Shown one piece after another: positions 19,416 through 28,174 of a DNA stretch of 64,000 bases; the first letter of the stretch is position 1; the number at the start of each line of letters is the position of its first letter. The stretch comes from Cyclobacteriaceae bacterium (GTDB lineage: Bacteria > Bacteroidota > Bacteroidia > Cytophagales > Cyclobacteriaceae), in NCBI GenBank assembly GCA_025808415.1, contig CP075525.1:3974525-4038524 (forward strand), given 5' to 3'. The notes under the pieces were generated by a model. That model saw only the letters and a list, made by a program, of their open reading frames with translations. It did no database searches and had not been told where the DNA came from. The translations under genes and the position numbers were made by a program.

Positions 19416-20648
19416 ATGAAAGAATATTACTCATTGTCCGAAGTTGCCGATATGTTAGGTAAAAGCAAAGAAACCTTAAGAAGATGGGATAATAACGGCA
19501 AACTCACGGCCGTGCGCGAGCCTATGAGCAACTATCGTGTTTACAGGCGCGAACAACTTAAAATATTCGATGAACTTGGTTTTTTGTTCAATACCCCAAA
19601 AGCAACAAGCAATGCAGTTAAGGCCGATCATGACTATTCGGTTTTGGAGTTATTTGCTGGTGCCGGAGGCTTGGCCATTGGATTGGAAAAGGCAGGACTT
19701 ACATGCGTGGCATTAAATGAAATTGATCACTGGGCGGCCGAAACTTTAAGGCAAAACAGGCCGCAATGGAATGTTATCGAAGCTGATATCCGTGACCTTA
19801 GTTTCAAGCACCTCAAGGGTAAAGTAGATGTTGTAACCGGAGGGTTTCCATGCCAGGCATTTAGTTATGCCGGTAAAAAACTAGGGTTTAAAGATGCAAG
19901 GGGTACGTTATTCTATGAATTTGCACGGGTTGTTAATGAAGTTAAACCGATTCTTTGCGTAGGGGAAAATGTGCGGGGATTGCTTAATCATGACCGGGGC
20001 AGAACCCTTCAGGGCATGAAATCTATTCTAGATGAGATCGGTTACAGGCCACTGGATGAAAAGATTTTAAAAGCCATTTTCTACAAAGTACCACAAAAAA
20101 GGGAGCGGCTTATATTAATTGGTATTCGAAAAGATGTTAAGCTAACATTCGATTTTCCCAAACCACATAACAAAATATACAGCCTTAAAGACGCCCTTAA
20201 GGCCGGGGAACTTTATCCCACGGATGTGCCTAAATCCGCAGGAACGGCATACCCTAAACACAAAAAGGAAATTTTGGCTAAAGTACCACCGGGCGGTTAT
20301 TGGAGAGACCTTCCATTAAAACTTCAAAAGCAATACATGCAAAAAAGTTTCTACTTGGGTGGAGGAAAAACCGGCATGGCCCGAAGGATGAGCTGGGACG
20401 AGCCTAGCCTAACCTTAACATGCAGTCCGGCCCAAAAACAAACCGAGCGTTGCCATCCCGAAGAAACCCGTCCATTTACTGTTCGTGAATATGCCCGAAT
20501 ACAAACTTTTCCTGACAACTGGTCATTCGCAGGATCAGTCTCACAGCAATACAAACAGGTTGGTAATGCAGTGCCTGTAAACCTCGCTACAGAATTAGGT
20601 TATTCAATAGTCAACTTTTTAAATAACGTTTATAAGCTTAGGAATTAA
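19416..20648 (+). CDS. dcm: DNA (cytosine-5)-methyltransferase with an N-terminal MerR/excisionase-type HTH
   Basis: C5-MTase motifs I (LFAGAGGL), IV (GGFPCQAFS), VI (ENVRGL), VIII (QKRER), IX (TVREYARIQTFPD) and X (GNAVPV). The first ~55 aa (YSLSEVADMLGKSKETLRRWDNNGKL) form an HTH. Confidence 0.95.
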   Translation: MKEYYSLSEVADMLGKSKETLRRWDNNGKLTAVREPMSNYRVYRREQLKIFDELGFLFNTPKATSNAVKADHDYSVLELFAGAGGLAIGLEKAGLTCVALNEIDHWAAETLRQNRPQWNVIEADIRDLSFKHLKGKVDVVTGGFPCQAFSYAGKKLGFKDARGTLFYEFARVVNEVKPILCVGENVRGLLNHDRGRTLQGMKSILDEIGYRPLDEKILKAIFYKVPQKRERLILIGIRKDVKLTFDFPKPHNKIYSLKDALKAGELYPTDVPKSAGTAYPKHKKEILAKVPPGGYWRDLPLKLQKQYMQKSFYLGGGKTGMARRMSWDEPSLTLTCSPAQKQTERCHPEETRPFTVREYARIQTFPDNWSFAGSVSQQYKQVGNAVPVNLATELGYSIVNFLNNVYKLRN

Positions 20649-20660
20649 AAACAGGAAATA

Positions 20661-21377
20661 ATGCCATTTCTCAGTTGGATTAACGATGCGAACCTGAAAG
20701 ATTCCGTTGGCTTTCTTTTAAGCAAAGCAAAAGAGGCTAGAGACAATGCTGAGGGGAATTTTGGGAAGAATGTCGTAGATCCATTTTCTGCCTTGTTTGA
20801 AATAGCGGGTTTCTCATCCGATTTTGAAACCTGGTATAAGAGTGAAACGACCAGACAAGCCCAAAAAACTTTGCAAAACCATGTGGGCGATTTTCACCAG
20901 AATATACTTGGTGCGGTAAACGGTTGGGAAAATATGAAAAAGGGCCAGGTGATAGACCTTGTTTCATTCGAGAAAAAAATTGTTGCCGAAATCAAAAACA
21001 AATACAACACAATTTCAGGAGGCAAGCTTTCCGATTTATACTCATCATTAGATAACTTGGTTATGCCAAAGGCCAGTATCTACAAAAATTTCACAGCCTA
21101 TTATGTAGCCATTGTGCCAAAATACCCTGTGCGGTACAACAAACCTTTTACGCCATCCAATAAAGATAAAGGCGAGAAATGTGCAGCCAATGAAAAGGTA
21201 AGGGAAATAGATGGTGCGAGCTTTTACACTTTGGCTACTGGGGATCCAAACGCCCTGGAAAATCTCTTTGATGTATTGCCAGATGTAATCAAAATTTGCT
21301 CCGACAATAAATACACGATAACTGATAGGGATAAGCTAAAGGCATTTTTCAGTACAGCCTTCGGACAGCCCATATAA
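20661..21377 (+). CDS. Putative type II restriction endonuclease (PD-(D/E)xK; possibly Eco47II/Sau96I-like, unverified)
   Basis: It starts 12 nt downstream of the methyltransferase. It has a candidate nuclease motif, VIDLV...x9...AEIKNK (D...ExK). From memory, NVVDPFSALFE and GDFHQNILG resemble the Eco47II family; this needs a REBASE/Pfam search. Confidence 0.55.
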   Translation: MPFLSWINDANLKDSVGFLLSKAKEARDNAEGNFGKNVVDPFSALFEIAGFSSDFETWYKSETTRQAQKTLQNHVGDFHQNILGAVNGWENMKKGQVIDLVSFEKKIVAEIKNKYNTISGGKLSDLYSSLDNLVMPKASIYKNFTAYYVAIVPKYPVRYNKPFTPSNKDKGEKCAANEKVREIDGASFYTLATGDPNALENLFDVLPDVIKICSDNKYTITDRDKLKAFFSTAFGQPI

Positions 21378-21480
21378 AACACACAAAGACAGTTTTACCG
21401 GTATCCGTAATTCACAATTCGTACCTATCTTTACGCCCTTATTTTATTGAAAATCAACGACTACAGGCTGTTTTTGAGCG

Positions 21481-24400
21481 ATGAACGAAAAGTATAAAGA
21501 ACCCACCGGATTAAACTACGCCCAGCTGGCAACCGACATTCTCGATTTCTGGAAAAAGGAAAAGATTTTTGAAAAATCGGTTACAAACCGGGAAGGAGCG
21601 CCCACCTTTACCTTTTATGAAGGCCCGCCTTCGGCCAATGGAACCCCAGGCATTCACCATGTAATGGCCCGTACGGTAAAAGATATTTTCTGCCGGTTTA
21701 AAACCTTGCAAGGCTACCAGGTAAAACGCAAAGGCGGGTGGGATACCCACGGACTGCCTGTTGAGCTGCAGGTTGAAAAGCAACTTGGCATAACGAAGGA
21801 TGATATCGGAAAAAGTATCTCTATTGAAGAATACAACAGGAAGTGCCGTGAAACGGTAATGATGTACAAAGACCAGTGGGACGACCTGACCATGAAAATG
21901 GGTTACTGGGTTGACCTGGAAGATCCGTACATCACCTACGATTCAAAATACATCGAAACGTTGTGGTGGATACTGAAACAATTCTATGATAAAGGATTGC
22001 TCTATAAAGGCTATACCATTCAACCCTACTCGCCCGCAGCCGGCACAGGTTTAAGTTCGCATGAATTGAACTTACCGGGCTGCTACAAAGATGTGAAGGA
22101 TACTTCCATCGTGGCACAGTTCAAGGTAACCCGAAATGAAAAGTCTGATTTTTTGTTTAATGGTACTCAGGGTGAAGTTTACATTCTCGCCTGGACCACC
22201 ACACCCTGGACCTTACCATCCAACACCGCGCTGGCGGTAGGCGAAAAAATTACGTACGTTCAAATCAACACCTTCAACCCTTACACCTTTAAACCGGTAA
22301 GCGTTGTGCTGGCAAAGGACCTTGTTGGAAAATATTTTTCTGAAAAAAATAAAGACCTTAAGCTGGCCGATTACAAGCCTGGCGATAAAGCCATTCCGTT
22401 TGAAGTTGTTCAGGAATTTACAGGTAAAAAACTTGTGGGTATTCGCTATGAACAACTCATGCCCTACATCCAACCGCTGTATGATGTTGATAAAGCATTC
22501 CAGGTAGTGGCTGGCGATTTTGTAACTACCGAAGACGGTACCGGTGTGGTACATACTTCACCTACTTTTGGTGCCGATGACTTTCGTGTTGCGAAACAAC
22601 ATGGCATCCCACCATTAACCATTAAGGATGAAGCCGACAATGAATTGCCTACGGTTGATCGCAAAGGAAAATTTGTCAAAGAAATTGGAACTAAGTTAAA
22701 GGATGGCGTTGAACAGTATAAAATCAAAACGCACAAGTCTTTAACAGAAAATGACTTCTTCGTAAAAAACTATACTGACGAAGATGAGACACACGCTGAT
22801 TATAAATCTACCGATGTCATCATTTCCATCATTTTAAAAGAAGAAAACAAGGCGTTTAAAGTAGAGAAGTACGAACACACGTACCCACATTGCTGGCGCA
22901 CCGATAAACCCATTCTGTATTACCCGCTCGACTCGTGGTTCATTAAAACCACCGCGTTGAAAGACCGCATGGTTGAACTCAACAAAACCATCAACTGGAA
23001 ACCGGAATCAACCGGTACCGGTCGGTTTGGCAATTGGCTGGAAAACCTGGTGGACTGGAACTTATCGCGTTCGCGTTACTGGGGAACACCCCTGCCGATT
23101 TGGCGTACAAAAGATGGTAAAGAAGAAATCTGTATCGGCTCAATTGAGCACCTCAATCATGAAGTTGCTAAAGCAGAGAAAGCAGGCATCCAAAATTCAA
23201 AATTCAAAATTCAAAGCTTTGACCTACACCGTCCCTATGTCGATGAAATTACTTTAGTCAGTGATACCGGCCAGCCCATGTACCGCGAACCGGATTTAAT
23301 TGATGTGTGGTTCGATAGCGGTGCCATGCCCTATGCACAGTGGCACTATCCTTTTGAAAACAAAGAAATTTTTGAGCAAAGCTATCCGGCCGATTTTATT
23401 GCCGAAGGCGTTGATCAAACCCGTGGCTGGTTCTTTACCCTGCATGCCATTGCGGTGATGTTATTCGACAGGGTTGCGTTTAAAAATGTAATCTCGAATG
23501 GTTTGGTGCTGGATAAATCCGGCAACAAAATGTCGAAGAGCAAGGGCAATGTAGTGAACCCGTTTGAAACGCTTTCAAAATACGGACCCGATGTAGTGCG
23601 GTGGTACATGATTGAAAATGCCCCGCCCTGGGACAACCTCAAATTTGATTTTGATGGTATTATCGAAACACAACGCAGGTTTTTTGGAACGTTGATAAAT
23701 ACTTACTCATTCTTTGCCTTGTATGCCAATATTGATGGATTTGTAAAGGATGAATTGAACAATGTACCGTTCGAAAGACTAGCACCACTCGATCAATGGA
23801 TTTTAACCAAAGAACAAAACCTGATTGAAGAAGTAACTGAGGCTTATAACGATTACGAACCTACCAAGGCCGCACGTGCCATTCAGGATTTTGTGAACGA
23901 TCATTTATCCAACTGGTATGTGCGCCTGAACAGGAAACGTTTCTGGCAACCCTCCGCCACCGAAACGGCTACCAAAGCAGAGGCAAATGCTCACCTATCG
24001 GAAGATAAGCGGGCAGCTTACGAAACTTTGTACGAGTGCCTGATGGTTACGGCTCAACTCATGTCGCCCATTGCACCCTTTTTTAGTGAGTGGCTATACA
24101 AAAGTTTAACGGATAACATTCGTCAACGGGCAATAGCGTTTAACACTCCACTCAAGGCCGAATCAATACACCACACCACATTGGTAAAGCCTGCGCCAAG
24201 CCGGAGGAATGATGAACTTGAGAAGTCGATGGATTATGCCCAACAAATTTGTTCGTTGGTACACTCCATCCGCAAAAACAGCAAGATAAAAGTACGTACC
24301 CCATTGCAAAAAGTGTTGCTACCGGTGCTCGATGAAAAATTTGCACAACGTGTAAAAACGGTAGAAGCCATCATCAAATCAGAGGTAAACGTAAAGGAGA

Positions 24401-24948
24401 TTCAATACATCGATGATACATCGGGGCTTTTGGTGAAGAAGGTAAAACCAAATTTTGCCAAACTGGGCAAACAATACGGCCCCAAAATGAAAGAGGTTTC
24501 TGCCGTAATAAATTCATTCACCAAAGAAGAGATTAACACCATTGAGAAAACAGGCTTGTTGAATAAAGGTGGTTTTGATTTGGTGCTTGACGATGTGCTG
24601 ATCAGTTCGGAAGATATTCCGGGCTGGTCGGTGGCCAGCGCGGGGGGCATTACGGTTGCCCTGGATGTAACGTTAACCGATGAGCTGAAGCGCGAAGGCA
24701 TAGCCCGCGATTTTGTAAATCGCATCCAAAACCTGCGCAAAGATATGGGCCTTGAGGTGTTGGATAAAATCTCCATAGAGGTGGAGCGTAACGGTGAGGT
24801 GATGACATCCGCCATTTCGGAATTTAAGCAATATATTAGCACCGAAACACAGGCGGTAAGTCTTGAAATAAAGGACAACGTGGCTAACGCAGCGGAAGTC
24901 GATATGGATGAAAGTATACTGAAGGTGTTGATACGGGTAATAAAATAA
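21481..24948 (+). CDS. ileS: Isoleucine--tRNA ligase
   Basis: HIGH motif (PPSANGTPGIHHVM), KMSKS (NKMSKSKGN), a CP1 editing domain, and the 1155-aa length typical of the long Bacteroidota form. Confidence 0.97.
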   Translation: MNEKYKEPTGLNYAQLATDILDFWKKEKIFEKSVTNREGAPTFTFYEGPPSANGTPGIHHVMARTVKDIFCRFKTLQGYQVKRKGGWDTHGLPVELQVEKQLGITKDDIGKSISIEEYNRKCRETVMMYKDQWDDLTMKMGYWVDLEDPYITYDSKYIETLWWILKQFYDKGLLYKGYTIQPYSPAAGTGLSSHELNLPGCYKDVKDTSIVAQFKVTRNEKSDFLFNGTQGEVYILAWTTTPWTLPSNTALAVGEKITYVQINTFNPYTFKPVSVVLAKDLVGKYFSEKNKDLKLADYKPGDKAIPFEVVQEFTGKKLVGIRYEQLMPYIQPLYDVDKAFQVVAGDFVTTEDGTGVVHTSPTFGADDFRVAKQHGIPPLTIKDEADNELPTVDRKGKFVKEIGTKLKDGVEQYKIKTHKSLTENDFFVKNYTDEDETHADYKSTDVIISIILKEENKAFKVEKYEHTYPHCWRTDKPILYYPLDSWFIKTTALKDRMVELNKTINWKPESTGTGRFGNWLENLVDWNLSRSRYWGTPLPIWRTKDGKEEICIGSIEHLNHEVAKAEKAGIQNSKFKIQSFDLHRPYVDEITLVSDTGQPMYREPDLIDVWFDSGAMPYAQWHYPFENKEIFEQSYPADFIAEGVDQTRGWFFTLHAIAVMLFDRVAFKNVISNGLVLDKSGNKMSKSKGNVVNPFETLSKYGPDVVRWYMIENAPPWDNLKFDFDGIIETQRRFFGTLINTYSFFALYANIDGFVKDELNNVPFERLAPLDQWILTKEQNLIEEVTEAYNDYEPTKAARAIQDFVNDHLSNWYVRLNRKRFWQPSATETATKAEANAHLSEDKRAAYETLYECLMVTAQLMSPIAPFFSEWLYKSLTDNIRQRAIAFNTPLKAESIHHTTLVKPAPSRRNDELEKSMDYAQQICSLVHSIRKNSKIKVRTPLQKVLLPVLDEKFAQRVKTVEAIIKSEVNVKEIQYIDDTSGLLVKKVKPNFAKLGKQYGPKMKEVSAVINSFTKEEINTIEKTGLLNKGGFDLVLDDVLISSEDIPGWSVASAGGITVALDVTLTDELKREGIARDFVNRIQNLRKDMGLEVLDKISIEVERNGEVMTSAISEFKQYISTETQAVSLEIKDNVANAAEVDMDESILKVLIRVIK
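23192..23215 (+). repeat. In-frame heptanucleotide tandem repeat (AAAATTC x3) inside ileS
   Basis: AAAATTC appears at 23192, 23199 and 23206, followed by AAA. It encodes ..NSKFKIQS.. in a variable insertion region. Confidence 0.9.
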
Positions 24949-24958
24949 AATTGAGTAA

Positions 24959-25609
24959 ATGGATTCCTTGCGCTACTTCCTTCTTGCCTTCATGATTGTG
25001 GTTATTGATCAAACCTCAAAAATGCTTGTGTTCAATAACATGCACCTCCACGAAGAGATTAATGTTATCGGTGAATGGTTCCGGATTCACTACCTGCTTA
25101 ACCCCGGTATGGCCTTTGGTATTAAATGGGAAAATGAATTTGGCAAGTTGGCCTTAACCATCTTTCGCATCGGGGCCATGTTCGGTATTTCATGGTACTT
25201 ATGGAAGATGGCCGAACGCAACATGCACAGCGGATTTCTATGGTGCATGGGATTAATATTAGGGGGCGCAGTAGGCAACGTTATTGACAGCACCTTTTAC
25301 GGTGTACTGCTGAACAATGCCCCTGCCGATGCACCCACGCCCTGGTTTCACGGCCAGGTAATTGACATGCTCTACTTCCCGATTTTTGATTTTGTGTGGC
25401 CGGAGTGGGTTCCCTTTGTAGGCGGTCGCTATTTCGAGTTTTTCAGTCCCGTGTTTAACATAGCCGACTCCTCTATCTTTTTAGGTGTGGTTACGATACT
25501 GATTATGCAGAAGCGATTTTTTAAAGAAAAACATCACGAGCAACCCATTGAGAATATTACAATTGACCAGCCTGTAGAGAAAGCCTCAGAAGAAAGTTCT
25601 TCTATTTGA
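24959..25609 (+). CDS. lspA: Lipoprotein signal peptidase (signal peptidase II)
   Basis: IDQTSK, NPGMAFG, GGAVGNVIDS and FNIADSSI motifs, plus the conserved ileS-lspA synteny. Confidence 0.9.
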   Translation: MDSLRYFLLAFMIVVIDQTSKMLVFNNMHLHEEINVIGEWFRIHYLLNPGMAFGIKWENEFGKLALTIFRIGAMFGISWYLWKMAERNMHSGFLWCMGLILGGAVGNVIDSTFYGVLLNNAPADAPTPWFHGQVIDMLYFPIFDFVWPEWVPFVGGRYFEFFSPVFNIADSSIFLGVVTILIMQKRFFKEKHHEQPIENITIDQPVEKASEESSSI

Positions 25610-25655
25610 TCAACTGATTATATTTACATCCTTGTTTATTTCCAATCTGCTTGCA

Positions 25656-25686
25656 GGAGCCCGAAGAATTTCGGGCTTCTTTATTC
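25656..25686 (+). terminator. Intrinsic terminator after lspA
   Basis: AGCCCGAA-GAAT-TTCGGGCT hairpin (25658..25677) followed by TCTTTATT. Confidence 0.6.
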
Positions 25687-28089
25687 ATAACGCAGCGACT
25701 TGGCCGGGTTGATGCGTGCAGTGCGCAAGGCCTGAAACACCACACACAACAAGGCCACTACCAGCGCAACAGCACCGGCACCAACAAACACCCAAATACT
25801 TAACGAAATACGAAAGGCAAAACCCTGTAACCACTGCGAGGTGAAATACCAGGCCGGAAAGATGGAGAGCACCAACGCTATTACAACAAGCTTGGTGAAT
25901 TCTTTCGACAGCAGGTTTACCAGGCTTATTTCCGATGCACCCAATACTTTGCGAATACCCAATTCCTTGGTACGCTTTTCTGCGGTGAAAGCCGCTAACC
26001 CAATCAAGCCCAAAGAGGCAATGAAAATAGCCAGCACGGTAAATGTGGTAAACAAATTACCCAGCCGCTGTTCGCTTCGAAATAAGGCATCAAAATCCTG
26101 ATCGAGAAAGGAATATTCAAATGGTTCATTACCGGCATACTGTCTCCATAAATTTTCGATAGTTGAAACGGTTTCGCGTGGGTTGTTCACAAACCGAATG
26201 GTAAGAAAACTGGCCGCATCGGTATTTAAAAACATGGCGGTTGGTCGAACATTGTTTCGCAACGATTCAAAATGAAAGTCGTTTACCACACCAACAATCT
26301 TATAAGGAATCCTGCCACCGCCATTAAATCCAAACAGCTCTTTACCAACAGCTTCCTTCCAGCTCAATTCGTTCATCAATGCTTCATTAATAACAATGGC
26401 CGTGCTGTCAGCAGGAAAATCGCGTGAGAAAAAACGACCCTCCTTCAACGTATAACCCATGGTTTCCAGTTGATCATAATCAGCAAAATAACGCACCACC
26501 AGGTGATCCTCTTCTGATCCTTCAATGCGGAATGGGCTTGCACCTTCAGTATTCAAAGCCGGAACCGAGTTGGTATAACTGGCCGCAACAACACCACTCT
26601 GGGCAAGTATAGCTTGTTTAAGTGGCTCCGCAACTGAACGTAGGTTTTGTGTATTGGTTAATACCAAAACATTATCGCGGTTAAGGCCCAGGTTCTTGTT
26701 TTGAACATATTGCATTTGTTGAAAGATCACGGCCGTGGCAATGATCAGAAAAATAGAAACAGCGAACTGAAATACCACTAATCCGCTTCGCACAGCACCG
26801 CCCTTCATTCCTTCACGCACCTTACCTTTCAACACTTCGGTAACCTTAAACGAGGTAAGATAAAATGCCGGGTAACTACCTGCCATCAGGCCCACCAATA
26901 CAACAATACCCAGTAGCAGGATCAACAAATTGCTGCTCAGTAAACTTTCAAAGACCAATTCTTTTCCAGCCAATGTATTAAAGAAGGGAAGCATGGTATA
27001 AACAATCCCTAGAGCCAACACAGCGGCTAAACAGCTAAACACAAAGGACTCGGCAAGAAATTGTGCAACCAGGTGCCGGCTAAGCGAACCTAATGTTTTG
27101 CGCAAGCCGACTTCCTTAGCACGGCCTGCCGAACGTGCCGTGGCCAGGTTCATAAAGTTTATACAGGCAATAATGAGAATGAAAACTGCAATAACAGAAA
27201 AAAGATACACGTATTGAATGTCGCCTTGTGGTTCTATTTCGGCCTGGTAGTTTGAATGAAGGTGGATATCCGTTAAAGGAATGAGTGTGTACCCAAATCG
27301 GCTACCTTGCTGTTTAAACTGGTCGAGCGACATGCCCATAAAACGCTCTACTTCCGGGCCGATATATTTTATGGTCAGATCATCAATCTTCGATTTTACA
27401 GTTTGCTGTGATGAACCCTTGTGAATTTTAAGATAAGTAGCGAGGTAGTTGTTCATCCAAATCGGATCACGAAATGCCGTGGAAGATTCACCGGTAAGGA
27501 TTACATCAAATTTAAAATGAACATTGCCGGGAAGATCTTTCGCTACACCGGTTACTACATAGGTTGTGGTATCATTACCCACTGCCAGCAATTTGCCCAA
27601 AGCATTCTCTGAACCAAAAAACTTTCGGGCAGTGCTCTCTGTAAGGACAACGGTGTTGCGTTCTTTCAACGCATTTTTTGGGTTGCCTTCTACTAATGGA
27701 AAATTGAAAAATGTAAAAAAGTTTGTATCCGCAGCAAAAACACGATCCTGAGTAAAAGCTTTTTCACCGTATTTAATCACTACCCTTCCATTGGATGCCA
27801 CCCGCACGGCACTCTCTACTTCGGGTACTTCCTGAATAAGTGCAGCAGCCATAGGCGGGCATGAAACGGCAACGGCAATTTCCTGGGCTGCTAATTTGGC
27901 ATCCAAGTTTACCCTGTAAATACGGTCAGCATCCGGGTGCAACCGGTCGTAGCTTATTTCATCTTTTACGTAAAGGGTAATAAAAAGACAGGAAGCTATA
28001 CCCACCGTAAGCCCTATCACATTTAAAAACGCATAAAATTTCTGCCTGTTAATGTTGCGGAACGCAACCAGAAGGTAATTTTTTAGCAT
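25681..28089 (-). CDS. ABC transporter permease (MacB-like periplasmic domains plus FtsX domains)
   Basis: 802 aa. The start MLKNYLLVAFRNINRQKFYAFLNVIGLTVGIA is typical of the family. There are two FtsX 4-TM modules, and the protein ends in NPAKSLRYE. Confidence 0.85.
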   Translation of the reverse strand: MLKNYLLVAFRNINRQKFYAFLNVIGLTVGIASCLFITLYVKDEISYDRLHPDADRIYRVNLDAKLAAQEIAVAVSCPPMAAALIQEVPEVESAVRVASNGRVVIKYGEKAFTQDRVFAADTNFFTFFNFPLVEGNPKNALKERNTVVLTESTARKFFGSENALGKLLAVGNDTTTYVVTGVAKDLPGNVHFKFDVILTGESSTAFRDPIWMNNYLATYLKIHKGSSQQTVKSKIDDLTIKYIGPEVERFMGMSLDQFKQQGSRFGYTLIPLTDIHLHSNYQAEIEPQGDIQYVYLFSVIAVFILIIACINFMNLATARSAGRAKEVGLRKTLGSLSRHLVAQFLAESFVFSCLAAVLALGIVYTMLPFFNTLAGKELVFESLLSSNLLILLLGIVVLVGLMAGSYPAFYLTSFKVTEVLKGKVREGMKGGAVRSGLVVFQFAVSIFLIIATAVIFQQMQYVQNKNLGLNRDNVLVLTNTQNLRSVAEPLKQAILAQSGVVAASYTNSVPALNTEGASPFRIEGSEEDHLVVRYFADYDQLETMGYTLKEGRFFSRDFPADSTAIVINEALMNELSWKEAVGKELFGFNGGGRIPYKIVGVVNDFHFESLRNNVRPTAMFLNTDAASFLTIRFVNNPRETVSTIENLWRQYAGNEPFEYSFLDQDFDALFRSEQRLGNLFTTFTVLAIFIASLGLIGLAAFTAEKRTKELGIRKVLGASEISLVNLLSKEFTKLVVIALVLSIFPAWYFTSQWLQGFAFRISLSIWVFVGAGAVALVVALLCVVFQALRTARINPAKSLRYE

Positions 28090-28174
28090 AAGGATGAGGT
28101 TTTATCCTAAGGTTATAGCCTCTTGAAACGAGGCAACCCCGTTAAGGTTTCACCCCCCAGCTAATTGCGATGTG

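Noticed and set aside
18863-21377. Whether the Vsr/M/R cassette, or the TA pair at 7049..7559, is part of a mobile element or genomic island.
   Set aside because: I saw no integrase, transposase, tRNA target, direct repeats or terminal inverted repeats flanking either module. Base composition does not look clearly different by eye. I therefore do not call a mobile element.
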